From the NCBI GenBank assembly GCA_965372715.1, contig CBDVDH010000036.1:1-40155 (forward strand): DNA of 40,155 nucleotides, given 5' to 3'. The DNA is from an uncultured bacterium (GTDB lineage Bacteria > B130-G9). Below the pieces are notes generated by a model that saw only the letters and a program-made list of their open reading frames with translations, did no database searches and was not told where the DNA came from. The translations under genes and the position numbers were made by a program. Of this stretch, positions 1 through 9,526 are shown piece by piece. Position 1 is the stretch's first letter; each line of letters opens with the position of its first letter.

Positions 1-7
1 CTCAGGT

Positions 8-27
8 CACCCGAATGAATTCGGGTG
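8..27. repeat. Short palindrome CACCCGAA-TGAA-TTCGGGTG (REP-like hairpin)
   Basis: 8-bp perfect inverted arms at 8-15 and 20-27, followed by CTAG; single copy in the window. Confidence 0.55.
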
Positions 28-95
28 CTAGAATAATAAGAGCCATTCATATCACGGCGTTGAAACGTAGTGATTCAGAGAAAACGAACTCCACA

Positions 96-114
96 AATAT
101 GCGCATAATTGTCA
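96..114. mobile_element. Putative terminal inverted repeat of a REP-inserted element (right end)
   Basis: AATATGCGCATAATTGTCA directly abuts GGTCTGAGACC of a REP; the reverse complement of 96-125 matches 40060-40089 at 28/30 positions. Confidence 0.5.
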
Positions 115-135
115 GGTCTGAGACCACGCCCCTAC
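115..135 (-). repeat. GTAG-family REP half (GGTCTGAGACCACGCCCCTAC)
   Basis: Identical 21-mer at 34995-35015; ends in CTAC (GTAG on the minus strand). Confidence 0.8.
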
Positions 136-235
136 ACGGACTTAACAGCCCGTCCGCACCCACATTCCGGACGTCTGGACACAATTGAACCTAAAACTCG
201 GAACTTGAAACTCGGAACATAATTCCGGAGGCGAC

Positions 236-1261
236 ATGAAAAGCGAAATCAAGATAGGCAAGAAGGCAATCGGGCACGGCAGTCCGATATTCGTCATTGC
301 GGAGGTTGGCTCTAATCACAATCGGGACCTCGAGAAGGCCAGGACCCTCGTACAGATCGCGGCCGATGCCGGCGCGGACGCCGTGAAGTTTCAGACGTTC
401 GTCGCAGAAAGGCTGGTCGCAAGGAGCGAATCGCTCCCGGACGGGACGAACCTCTGTGAACTTTTCGGCAGATACGAGCTTCCCCATGAGTGGCATCAGG
501 AGCTATTCGATTACGCTCATTCTCTCAACGTCGAGTTTCTTTCCTCCCCGTTCGATTTTGAGTCGGTCGATCTTCTCGACGAACTCGGCGTGCCAGCGTT
601 CAAGATAGCGTCTGGCGATCTCAGCAATCTGCCGTTCATCTCGCACATCGCTTCAAAGAAGAGGCCAATCGTGCTATCAACAGGGATGGGCACGCTTGGC
701 GAGGTCGGAAGGGCCCTTGACACGATCGCAAAGCAGGGCTGCGAGGAGGTGGTCCTAATGCACTGCGTGTCGAGCTATCCCTCGCCTCCAGAGGCCATGA
801 ACCTTCGGGCAATCAGTACCCTTCGTGAGGCGTTCAAGGTCCCGGTTGGTCTATCCGATCACACGTTGGGCATCCATATCCCAATCGCGGCGGCCGCGCT
901 CGGCATCGACCTTTTGGAGAAGCACTTCACCGAGCAGCGACAGCAGCAGGGACTCGACCACTCCTATTCAATGGAGCCAGGCGAGCTAAAAGAGATGATC
1001 GATGCGGTCCGGACCACAGAGAAATCGCTGGGCTCCGGCGAGAAAGTCTGCTCGGCCGTCGAAAGCGGAACGCAATACTACGCCAGGCGCAGCATATTCG
1101 CTATAAGGCAAATACCTAAAGCCAAGAAGATCGAGCGGGATGACATCAAACTAGTAAGACCTCAGCGGGGCATCGATCCAGAGCATCTGGACGTCGTACT
1201 TGGCAGACCCGCGCTCAGGACGATTGAGGAAGACGAGCCAATCACGTGGGACTGCGTCTGA
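236..1261 (+). CDS. neuB: NeuB/PseI/LegI-family nonulosonic acid (N-acetylneuraminate-type) synthase with C-terminal SAF domain
   Basis: Motifs IAEVGSNHN, GADAVKFQ, FKIASGDL, LSTGM, MHCVSSYP, GLSDHT, EKHFT; C-terminal SAF-like RRSIFA...RPQRGIDP; GGAGG RBS upstream. The exact sugar product cannot be determined. Confidence 0.9.
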   Translation: MKSEIKIGKKAIGHGSPIFVIAEVGSNHNRDLEKARTLVQIAADAGADAVKFQTFVAERLVARSESLPDGTNLCELFGRYELPHEWHQELFDYAHSLNVEFLSSPFDFESVDLLDELGVPAFKIASGDLSNLPFISHIASKKRPIVLSTGMGTLGEVGRALDTIAKQGCEEVVLMHCVSSYPSPPEAMNLRAISTLREAFKVPVGLSDHTLGIHIPIAAAALGIDLLEKHFTEQRQQQGLDHSYSMEPGELKEMIDAVRTTEKSLGSGEKVCSAVESGTQYYARRSIFAIRQIPKAKKIERDDIKLVRPQRGIDPEHLDVVLGRPALRTIEEDEPITWDCV

Positions 1262-1305
1262 AGCGTCGGATGCGCATATCGCCAGACCCAATCTGCCAGA
1301 GTCAA

Positions 1306-1836
1306 TCAGGAAGGCAACACCTGGCTCTTTTTCATAAGATCCTTCACAAAGGGCGGGACGCCGTGATATAGGCCGAAGCAACTCTCCGGCCCGACATAGA
1401 ATAGCGTGAAGAACTGGAGAATATCTCGGCCTAAGATGCACGGTATCGGGCCGCTTCGTTGCGACCTCAGGCCGACCACTTTCCATGACTGACGCCACGG
1501 GCCGAGTTGAATGTCCGCCAGATACACAGCGCACGTATCCTGATCATGCACTCCTGAAAGGCATACTCTGCCGACTTGCCTAAACCCAAGATCTTCCGCT
1601 ATCCTGTCGTGAATGCAGGTCAATCCTGCACCGGTGCCAATGAGAGCAGGAAGTGTCAATCGAACCTTGGGAAGCAGTTTGCTGGCTTTCTCCAGGACAG
1701 CGATCTGATCGGGATGAGGCCTTAACGTCACCTCAATCCAGGCACCCTGCTCGGCGAGCTCTGAACTAGCAAGGAATATGAATTGCTGAGCAGAACTACC
1801 GCTCGGAGGTAGGCCGTCTGTCATCGAGGAACTCAT
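1306..1836 (-). CDS. Retropepsin-like (clan AA) aspartic protease-fold protein, catalytic Asp replaced by Gly
   Basis: ALIGTGAGLTCI matches the clan AA ALxDTGA active-site motif except D->G; second motif ILGRDIL present. Start probably ATG 1836 or 1824, not the ORF-track 1941. Confidence 0.75.
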   Translation of the reverse strand: MSSSMTDGLPPSGSSAQQFIFLASSELAEQGAWIEVTLRPHPDQIAVLEKASKLLPKVRLTLPALIGTGAGLTCIHDRIAEDLGFRQVGRVCLSGVHDQDTCAVYLADIQLGPWRQSWKVVGLRSQRSGPIPCILGRDILQFFTLFYVGPESCFGLYHGVPPFVKDLMKKSQVLPS

Positions 1837-2077
1837 TGAATATGAACGGCGTGATTTGCAGCTTGTCTGCGTCCGGATGAATCTCAGAGACGAAGAAAAG
1901 CTCAAGGCCAAATAGCTCGAATCCCTGGGCAACGGCCTCATTGAAGGTGTCGAACACGCCGACGAGCTCCCGACCCTTTATCAAGGCCCATTTCCGGTAG
2001 CGTTCCTTGTCCTTCGACCATTCAATGACATGTTCTTGGAAGAACCGAAACTCCTCAAGAAGTCCCACTTCAGACAT
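1796..2077 (-). CDS. Small DUF5678-like protein
   Basis: 93 aa; pattern RYRKWALIKGRELVGVFDTFNEAVAQG resembles DUF5678; GGAGGA RBS upstream; overlaps the start of the protease-fold gene. Confidence 0.7.
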   Translation of the reverse strand: MSEVGLLEEFRFFQEHVIEWSKDKERYRKWALIKGRELVGVFDTFNEAVAQGFELFGLELFFVSEIHPDADKLQITPFIFNEFLDDRRPTSER

Positions 2078-2200
2078 CCATTATCTTCCTCCCATTTTGC
2101 GATAACGTCCAGGATTAGGTTGCTCCCGTTCGGCAAGGATGTCAAATCCTCGATTCGCAGCGAACAGCGTGTGACTTGGTCGTCTTTCCCCTCACCGTTC

Positions 2201-5140
2201 TCACAGCACCTTTTGGAGGAAGCGGCCAGTGTATGACTTCGGGTCACGGGCGACTTGCTCGGGGGTACCAGTGGCCACGACGTAGCCGCCCTCGTCACCG
2301 CCCTCGGGACCCAAGTCGATGACGTAATCCGCGGACTTAATCACGTCGAGGTTATGCTCGATGATGACGACCGTATTGCCGGCATCGACGAGGCGCGAAA
2401 GAACATCCAGTAGCTTGTGAATGTCCGCGAAGTGAAGGCCGGTCGTCGGCTCATCGAGTATATAGAGGGTGTCGCCTGTCCCCCTCTTGGAGAGCTCCCT
2501 TGCCAGCTTGATCCGCTGCGCCTCGCCCCCCGAGAGCGTCGTCGCAGGCTGGCCAAGCCTGATGTAGCCCAGCCCCACGTCATTCAGCGTCATGAATCTG
2601 TCCTTAAGCCGCGGGATGTTCTCGAAGAACTTGAGCGCCTCCTCGACCGACATCTCCAGCACCTCGGATACGCTCCGGCCCTTGTACCGAACCTCAAGCG
2701 TCTCACGGTTGAAACGCTTGCCAGAACATTCGTCGCATCTGACATAGACATCGGGCAGAAAGTGCATCTCGATCCTTATCTGACCGCCTCCGCCGCAAGC
2801 CTCGCATCTACCGCCCCTGACGTTGAAACTGAACCGACCCGCCTTGTAGCCCCGCTTCCGCGCCTCGACCGTCGCAGCAAACAGCCGCCGGATTTCGTCG
2901 AACGCCTTGGTGTACGTCGCGGGATTCGAGCGAGGCGTTCTACCGATCGGCATCTGGTCAATCTCGACAACCTTGTCGATGTTCTCAATGCCGCGAATCT
3001 CGTCGTGCTCGCCAGGAATCTCACGGGAGCGGTAGATTCTTCTCGAAAGCGCGGGATAAAGCGTCTCGTCGATGAGCGAGCTCTTTCCCGAACCGGACAC
3101 GCCCGTTACACAGCAGAAAATGCCCAACGGTATCTCCACGTCGATATTCTTCAGATTGTTGTGCCGTGCGCCGATTATCGAAATGGTGTTGCCGTTTGAC
3201 TTCCGTCTCTTGCCGGGCACGGGAATCACGCGCCGTCCGGAGAGGTAGTCGCCCGTCAGCGATTTCTTGCACCGGACCACCTTCTCAGCCGTTCCCGTGC
3301 AGACAACGTGGCCACCCTTCTCTCCTGCGCCAGGGCCCAGGTCTATTATGTGGTCGGCGGTTCTCATCGTCTCCTCGTCGTGCTCCACAATCACCACAGT
3401 GTTGCCCAGGTCACGCAGCTCGCAGAGAGTGTCCAGCAGGCGGCGGTTATCGCGCTGATGAAGGCCGACGCTCGGCTCGTCGAGAACATACAGCACGCCG
3501 ACGAGGCTGGAACCAATCTGCGTGGCCAGGTGTATCCGCTGCGCCTCACCGCCCGATAGCGTCGAGGACCCCCTGTCGAGCATTATATAGCCCAGCCCGA
3601 CCTCTTTGAGGAAGCCGAGCCGAGAGACGATCTCCTTCAGCACACGGCCAGCTATCTTCTCTTCCCTTTCTGGAAGCGACAGTCCATTGAAGAAATGGGC
3701 CGCGCCATCGACGCTCTTCTCTGTGGTCTCGCTGATACTAAGGCCATTGACTTTGACCGCAAGCGCCTCAGGACGCAGCCTCGCCCCGCCACAATCGGGA
3801 CAAGGGACCGTGCTCATATAGCGACCGATCCAGTCCCGCATCTCCTCCGAGGCCGTCTGCAAATACCGCCGGTCGAGGTTATTCAGAATGCCCTCGAATC
3901 TCTTGATCCTACCCCACCTGAGCGTTCCGGCCTTGAACCTCAGCTTAATGCGCTCCTTACCCGAGCCACGCATAAGGATATGTTTGATCTCGGGCGGCAG
4001 GTCGCGATATGGCGTGTTTGGATCGAATTCATAGTGCGAGGCGAGCGACCTGAAAACCCGCACGGTCATCGAGTTCTCAGCGCTCGCCCACGCCTCGATC
4101 GCCCCCTCGATCAGTGACTGCGACGGGTCAGGGACGACCAGGTCCTCCGACGCTGAACGCACAAAGCCAAGCCCCGAGCACGATGGGCACGCGCCATAAG
4201 GGCTGTTGAATGAAAAGGCTCGAGGCTGAAGCTCCTGATAGCTGATGCCACAGTTGAGGCAGGCCATCTCGCTGCTGAACGTTCTGACCGCAAATCCCTC
4301 AAGCGCCTGAGCCGTGGTCTGTTCCCGGCCCGACGAGGCGCTGGCCTCGAGTCTGCGCCGTTTGCGCTTCGCCGGGCTGCTGACATCCGGGTCATCAGAC
4401 CAGCCAAGCCTGCCATCTTTGTCCTGAAGAGCGATTCTGACCAGGCTCTTGGTGAGCCTCATCGAGAGCTCCACCGAATCGGTAAGCCTGCTTCGGTTCT
4501 TGGCTGCCACCGTCAACCTATCGACGACAACGTCGATATCGTGGTTCTTATACTTCTCAAGGACGATCTCTTCGGACAGCTCTCGCATCGTTCCGTCAAC
4601 GAGCACGCGAACGAAGCCCTGCCTCGCCAAATCGGCAAACAGCGCCGAATACTCGCCTTTTCTGCCTCGCACTACCGGGGCGAGCACGTAGAACTTGGCC
4701 CCCTGAGGCATGTTAAGCACAGCATCGACTATCTGCTCCGCTGTCTGCGATTCGATCCTACGTCCGCACTTGTAGCAATACGGAACGCCTATTCGTGCGT
4801 AGAGCAACCGTAGGTAGTCGTATATCTCCGTGACGGTGCCGACGGTCGAGCGGGGATTCTTGCTGACCGGTCGCTGCTCAATCGAGATGGCTGGCGAGAG
4901 CCCCTCGATGTAATCGACGTCCGGCTTGTCCATCTGCTCCAGGAACTGCCGAGCGTAGGCCGAGAGCGACTCAACGTAGCGCCTCTGCCCCTCGGCGTAG
5001 AGCGTGTCGAACGCCAGCGACGACTTCCCCGAGCCCGAAAGCCCCGTGATAACCACGAGCTTGTTGCGCGGGATCGACACATCGATGTTCTTCAGATTGT
5101 GCTCCCGCGCCCCCTTTATGAAGATGTCCTGTTGCTGCAA
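2201..5140 (-). CDS. uvrA: Excinuclease ABC subunit A
   Basis: [12 protein letters not shown], two Walker A motifs ([18 protein letters not shown]), two LSGGEAQR signatures, CxxC zinc fingers, LDEP Walker B motifs. Confidence 0.98.
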   Translation of the reverse strand: MQQQDIFIKGAREHNLKNIDVSIPRNKLVVITGLSGSGKSSLAFDTLYAEGQRRYVESLSAYARQFLEQMDKPDVDYIEGLSPAISIEQRPVSKNPRSTVGTVTEIYDYLRLLYARIGVPYCYKCGRRIESQTAEQIVDAVLNMPQGAKFYVLAPVVRGRKGEYSALFADLARQGFVRVLVDGTMRELSEEIVLEKYKNHDIDVVVDRLTVAAKNRSRLTDSVELSMRLTKSLVRIALQDKDGRLGWSDDPDVSSPAKRKRRRLEASASSGREQTTAQALEGFAVRTFSSEMACLNCGISYQELQPRAFSFNSPYGACPSCSGLGFVRSASEDLVVPDPSQSLIEGAIEAWASAENSMTVRVFRSLASHYEFDPNTPYRDLPPEIKHILMRGSGKERIKLRFKAGTLRWGRIKRFEGILNNLDRRYLQTASEEMRDWIGRYMSTVPCPDCGGARLRPEALAVKVNGLSISETTEKSVDGAAHFFNGLSLPEREEKIAGRVLKEIVSRLGFLKEVGLGYIMLDRGSSTLSGGEAQRIHLATQIGSSLVGVLYVLDEPSVGLHQRDNRRLLDTLCELRDLGNTVVIVEHDEETMRTADHIIDLGPGAGEKGGHVVCTGTAEKVVRCKKSLTGDYLSGRRVIPVPGKRRKSNGNTISIIGARHNNLKNIDVEIPLGIFCCVTGVSGSGKSSLIDETLYPALSRRIYRSREIPGEHDEIRGIENIDKVVEIDQMPIGRTPRSNPATYTKAFDEIRRLFAATVEARKRGYKAGRFSFNVRGGRCEACGGGGQIRIEMHFLPDVYVRCDECSGKRFNRETLEVRYKGRSVSEVLEMSVEEALKFFENIPRLKDRFMTLNDVGLGYIRLGQPATTLSGGEAQRIKLARELSKRGTGDTLYILDEPTTGLHFADIHKLLDVLSRLVDAGNTVVIIEHNLDVIKSADYVIDLGPEGGDEGGYVVATGTPEQVARDPKSYTGRFLQKVL

Positions 5141-5143
5141 CGG

Positions 5144-8100
5144 CTAAACACCCTTGATGGCAAACAAGATACGGACCGTGCCATCCACTTCTTTTTCCAG
5201 TTCGGGGACTTCGTCAAGTTCATTCTTCAACTTCAGCTCATGGAGGGACTCTGACAATTTCGCCAGTTTCTGATGGGTGGAGTCGCCGGGATCGAATTTG
5301 GGGATACCGACATGCGTCATGACCCTGGGCGCCCCGAATCCTCTGCCGGGCGAAGAATACGATTTGATGAACTCTCGGATGGGTACGGAGTTGATTATCG
5401 CACAAAGGTAGTGGGCCTCCTCTTCGTTGTCCGTCGCAAAGAATGAAGTCGTATCCGTTGGGATAATCGTCTTATACCCAAAAGGCGTTTTGTGCTGGGT
5501 GACAACCGCCGCCACGAGATCACTTGCCATGCGCTTCCAGACGGTCTTATAGCGTGCGACTGTGTACGGGCCAATACCATACATCGCATAAAACGCTGTC
5601 TTCTCAGCAAGTTCGCGAACGGTTCTTGAGCCGCGAGACAACAGGACATGCCTGAACCTAGTGAGGTATCCGTAAGTTCTGGGCCATTCCTCTTTCATCC
5701 GTTTTTCCGGAAAAGGTTCTCTCTTCTCTGGGTCTTGAGGCATCACAATAAGCTGGTTTGGCGTCGCGCACCAACGGCAGATGTCCCTGCCGGGTAAAGC
5801 CGGGAAGACCAGATCAGCCTCAATTCTTTCTTCGACTGTTGGAACTTCCCGTTTGCCCCTTTCTGGCATATTACGTATGAACAGGTCTCCGTTTGAGAAT
5901 ACTTGCTTCACCTCAAGGCAGAAAACGCCGTACGGCTCAATGCGAGCGCCAAGTCGTGCATGAGAGGCATTCTTGCCTTGGATGACAGCAAGGGGCTTAT
6001 GGCTCTCGCTGATTGTCTGCCAAGACCCATTTGAGGTGCCCATAGGTCGAGCATGTAACCGTCTCTTGTTCAGCAACGGCAGCGCCTCTTGCAGAGAGAA
6101 GTTGGTTGGAATCCTGCCGATTCCTTTCTTTCTTGTCCAAAGTGTATAGGGAACCGGATAGCGAGTTTTCTGACCTTTTCTCAGAATAATCGCGGCAGTC
6201 TTATTAGCCGCCCCTTCAAACGGCTGGACAGAAACCAAGTCGTGGGCCTTCATAACTCGCAGATGTTCCCCGTCTCCGAGCTTGAATCTTCGGAACCCCT
6301 CACCGGCGCCCTTTGATTTGAAGACCTCCTGTGTAATCAGAAATCCTAGTTTACCGCCGTTCTTGAGGTAGTAGTCGGCTGCGCTGTAAGTGAACAGCAT
6401 CGAGAAATCCTTTTCGCCACCTCCCAGCCTTGCCGCGTGCCCTTTGAGCGAAAAGAGGCCATATTCCTTCCACATATTGAGGGTTGCGGCTCGGTACTCC
6501 TTTGAAAGGTAACCCCATCGAATCCAGGGTGGATTACCGACCACGAAATCAAATCGGGGGGCGTTCATTGGCGCAAAGACGTTTTTGAGGAACAGTGCCC
6601 AAATACCGTTCTTGCCTTGCTTTTCGAGTTCAAGGATGTCCTTGTAGAAGTTGCGAATAACCTGCTCATGAGGCGGGAAGACTAGCCCTTCCTTCTTGAG
6701 CCTGGCCACCGCGTCAGTCACGGTGTAACCCTGTCTTGCCATCTCTTGCAGGAGCGGCGCAGCCCTCCTCAGAAGAAATCCCTGGTCCCTTATCCAGACA
6801 TAAGGGACGTGGAACTCCCCGACGGACGTTTGTATTCTTATGTGTTCGCCGCCCCGGAAGTTCACCTGCATCTGACTAGTTCGCTCAGGCCACAAAACAG
6901 AATCCGCAAGATAGATTGGTATCTCCAGATCCGGAAGCACGTCCACCAGGTCACCTAGGGCGAAGAGATAATTGGTCCGAGCAGCGATAACGGCCAAAGG
7001 ATTGAGGTCAAAGCCCCAGATATTCGCTGCAATCCTCTTTGCCGTTTCAAGCAGCGGCTCCTTCTGTCCCAGCCCATATTCCTTTGCCCGGCGAATAGCG
7101 AGAACGATGAACGTCCCAGAGCCACACGCCGGGTCAAGCAGCCGCTTAAGCGTGTTGCCTTTGTAACCCACCTCATTCAAAACCAGTTCGGCAAGCCAAT
7201 CCGGCGTATAGTATTCACCCAATTTGTGTCTGAGGTCTTTCGGCACCAAGTATTGATAGAGCTTTTTGAGGAGATCGCGAGTCGGTTCTGGATTGATCGT
7301 AGTTGTAGCAGGCTCAAACTCTGAAAGCCCTCTTGCCACCTCTCTGATCGCCTCTTCAAGGCGTGGCGAAAAAGCGTCCAGATACCATCCGAAGAAGTCC
7401 CCCTCGAGGAAATTCGTAATGCCTTGCCTCGCATAGATTCCCCCGTCTTCAATGTGCGTTAGTGATGACTTCAGCTCGTTTTTTGAACTGTGCGTGAGCT
7501 GGAAGGAAAACGAGGTCGCGAAGCTGCTTTCTTTTAGGGTGACAAGCTCGGCAGCTATCAGTTTCATCAGAAGAGCGAAATATGTGTGTATTGAGAAGAG
7601 CAATTCCAGAAAGTCTGTTTCCCGGCTAACCCCATAGAGCTGAGTATGCGAGTGTGCTGCTTTTGCTCGCTGATCATTGAATTGCTCGCCATAGACCATG
7701 CCAAACAGGCGCTTCCATTCATTGAAAAAGACGCTGACTCTTTCGTTACGCCAATGTCTCAAGGCATCAGCGAATGCCGACACAGCTTTGGCCGCTGTCT
7801 TGCTCTTCGACCCGAACTTGTCAGCAAGATGCTCCGCTGTAAGGGGCAGGCGCGACAGGGCGCGCAGATATGTCAGAAATGAACGAGCGCTCTCAGGTTC
7901 AAGAGGAAAGGGACCACGGCGAGCAAAAGCCGTCTTGTCGATTGCCTCTATCTTTACGTTCGTTTTTCCTGAATACCTCACAAAGAAAATAGACTTGCCA
8001 TCAACGCCCACGCCGACGAGCCGACGTAAAAGGCCGAGCGGATCGGTCTTGAACGCCGCAGCCTCTGCGGTCATATAACCGGCGAGTTGGTCGTAGGCAC

Positions 8101-8443
8101 GCTGCACAGCGCGGTCGGACACAAAGGCGCCTGGACGCTTATACTCAATGATGACTTGGCCGTGCACAGCGTCCGGCCGACCTTGATAGACCGTTTTAAC
8201 TTCTGAACTCAGACGTTCGTACATCGGCTTGGACTTAACTCCAATACTACTCAGTAATGGCCCCAAGAGTTTTTCAAATCCAATTCGCAAATCCTCCTCG
8301 GTCTCTGCGCCTCGAATCAAGTCACGGACGGAACCAACGAGCCTATCGGCAACCTGGGACAGGGACTCGTATGCGTCCAAGTTCCCATCTTGGCCGACGC
8401 TTCTTCCTTTCAAGACTAGCTCCCTCTGTGTCGTATTGGGCAA
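5144..8443 (-). CDS. Type IIG/Eco57I-like fused restriction endonuclease - N6-adenine methyltransferase
   Basis: N-terminal PD-(D/E)xK-like [24 protein letters not shown]; motif [12 protein letters not shown]; motif IV VVGNPPW; C-terminal TRD-like region ending [10 protein letters not shown]; 1099 aa; visibly more AT-rich than uvrA. Confidence 0.85.
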   Translation of the reverse strand: MPNTTQRELVLKGRSVGQDGNLDAYESLSQVADRLVGSVRDLIRGAETEEDLRIGFEKLLGPLLSSIGVKSKPMYERLSSEVKTVYQGRPDAVHGQVIIEYKRPGAFVSDRAVQRAYDQLAGYMTAEAAAFKTDPLGLLRRLVGVGVDGKSIFFVRYSGKTNVKIEAIDKTAFARRGPFPLEPESARSFLTYLRALSRLPLTAEHLADKFGSKSKTAAKAVSAFADALRHWRNERVSVFFNEWKRLFGMVYGEQFNDQRAKAAHSHTQLYGVSRETDFLELLFSIHTYFALLMKLIAAELVTLKESSFATSFSFQLTHSSKNELKSSLTHIEDGGIYARQGITNFLEGDFFGWYLDAFSPRLEEAIREVARGLSEFEPATTTINPEPTRDLLKKLYQYLVPKDLRHKLGEYYTPDWLAELVLNEVGYKGNTLKRLLDPACGSGTFIVLAIRRAKEYGLGQKEPLLETAKRIAANIWGFDLNPLAVIAARTNYLFALGDLVDVLPDLEIPIYLADSVLWPERTSQMQVNFRGGEHIRIQTSVGEFHVPYVWIRDQGFLLRRAAPLLQEMARQGYTVTDAVARLKKEGLVFPPHEQVIRNFYKDILELEKQGKNGIWALFLKNVFAPMNAPRFDFVVGNPPWIRWGYLSKEYRAATLNMWKEYGLFSLKGHAARLGGGEKDFSMLFTYSAADYYLKNGGKLGFLITQEVFKSKGAGEGFRRFKLGDGEHLRVMKAHDLVSVQPFEGAANKTAAIILRKGQKTRYPVPYTLWTRKKGIGRIPTNFSLQEALPLLNKRRLHARPMGTSNGSWQTISESHKPLAVIQGKNASHARLGARIEPYGVFCLEVKQVFSNGDLFIRNMPERGKREVPTVEERIEADLVFPALPGRDICRWCATPNQLIVMPQDPEKREPFPEKRMKEEWPRTYGYLTRFRHVLLSRGSRTVRELAEKTAFYAMYGIGPYTVARYKTVWKRMASDLVAAVVTQHKTPFGYKTIIPTDTTSFFATDNEEEAHYLCAIINSVPIREFIKSYSSPGRGFGAPRVMTHVGIPKFDPGDSTHQKLAKLSESLHELKLKNELDEVPELEKEVDGTVRILFAIKGV

Positions 8444-8620
8444 GGTGTTACGTCTAGCTAGTTCGTTTCCGACATCATCTCGGACCTAAGGCGCTCACGT
8501 GCAGCGTTACGCAGATCATACCTCATCGGAGCCGCCCTTCTCAATAGGACATTGAGCCTTTTGCATCGGCGTCCCATTGCGGCAGAATGACGTGAGGAAG
8601 GGCCTTGGTCCCGCCTTTGG

Positions 8621-9526
8621 TTAACAATTGAGAACGACAACTTCCGGAATGCTGCCCCTACCTGCGCCATCTGAGTTTATGGCGCGGATTGCCTGGACAA
8701 TCTCTATCCTGAGGCCTTTGTAGAGGTCCAGGATGAAGGGCGTGTAGGAGTTGCTCAACATGCAGAGGCAGCCTTTTTCAGTCAAATGCCTAAACACGTC
8801 GGCGAGGTCGCGCTGGTCCTGGTCGCCGAAGCTATCCGCCGTGTAGCTTCTGAAGCTCGCGGTTTTGGTCAGCGGATGATACGGGGGATCGAGGTAGAAA
8901 AAGTCGCCCGGTTGGCAAAGCTCAACAACTGACCGAAAATCCCTGGCCTCGATGGCGATGCCCTGAAGAGCTGCGCTCGCGGCCCAAAGCACATCCTCAT
9001 ATAGTATCCTGGGGTCCTTATAGCTCCCCATCGGGACATTGAACTGGCCTTTCCCATTCACCCTGTAGAGGCCGTTGTAGCAGGTCTTGTTTAGGTAGAT
9101 GGTGCGTGCTGCTCTTTCGACATCACTCAGAGTAACGGTCTCTCTGTTCTCCGTTCGGTCGCCGTTCGGCGAACCAGGGCGAATCTTCCGATCGAGGTCT
9201 CGGATGCTATAATAATAGTCCCGGCCGTGCTTCTGCTTGTGAGTTGCCAGGAGCCTTATCAGTTGATCCACATTGTCTCTGACCACTCCGTAGGTGTTTA
9301 TTAGTTCCTCGTTGTTGTCAAATACGAAGACATCTCGGGGGAGCCTGCCAGCACTGTGCAGGTGAAAGAAAACCGCGCCGCCGCCGACAAACGGCTCGAA
9401 GTAACGATTGAAGTTCGTGGGGAAATACCGCTCGAACTGGGCGAGTAGTTGCTGCTTACCTCCTGCCCACTTCAGAAAGGGCCTGGCTCGTTTGCGCGCA
9501 GCCGGAGTCGTGGGACCGGCAGTCAT
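8621..9526 (-). CDS. dam: Dam/DpnM-family (D12 class) DNA adenine methyltransferase
   Basis: PFLKWAGGK, YFEPFVGGGAV, YLNKTCYNGLYRVN..G.FNVP.G, FYLDPPY, MLSNS motifs; ATGA overlap with the upstream glycosyltransferase. Confidence 0.92.
   Translation of the reverse strand: MTAGPTTPAARKRARPFLKWAGGKQQLLAQFERYFPTNFNRYFEPFVGGGAVFFHLHSAGRLPRDVFVFDNNEELINTYGVVRDNVDQLIRLLATHKQKHGRDYYYSIRDLDRKIRPGSPNGDRTENRETVTLSDVERAARTIYLNKTCYNGLYRVNGKGQFNVPMGSYKDPRILYEDVLWAASAALQGIAIEARDFRSVVELCQPGDFFYLDPPYHPLTKTASFRSYTADSFGDQDQRDLADVFRHLTEKGCLCMLSNSYTPFILDLYKGLRIEIVQAIRAINSDGAGRGSIPEVVVLNC

Noticed and set aside
2417-3199. Long antisense ORFs (e.g. 2417-3199, 12727-13554, 15215-16042, 33109-33735, 38412-39041)
   Set aside because: Shadow frames of high-GC3 genes on the opposite strand; no recognisable motifs.
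4289-4414. Intein in UvrA, or a functional nuclear localisation signal
   Set aside because: Too short and lacks splice-junction residues; the PAKRKRRR resemblance to an NLS has no supportable meaning in a bacterial repair protein.
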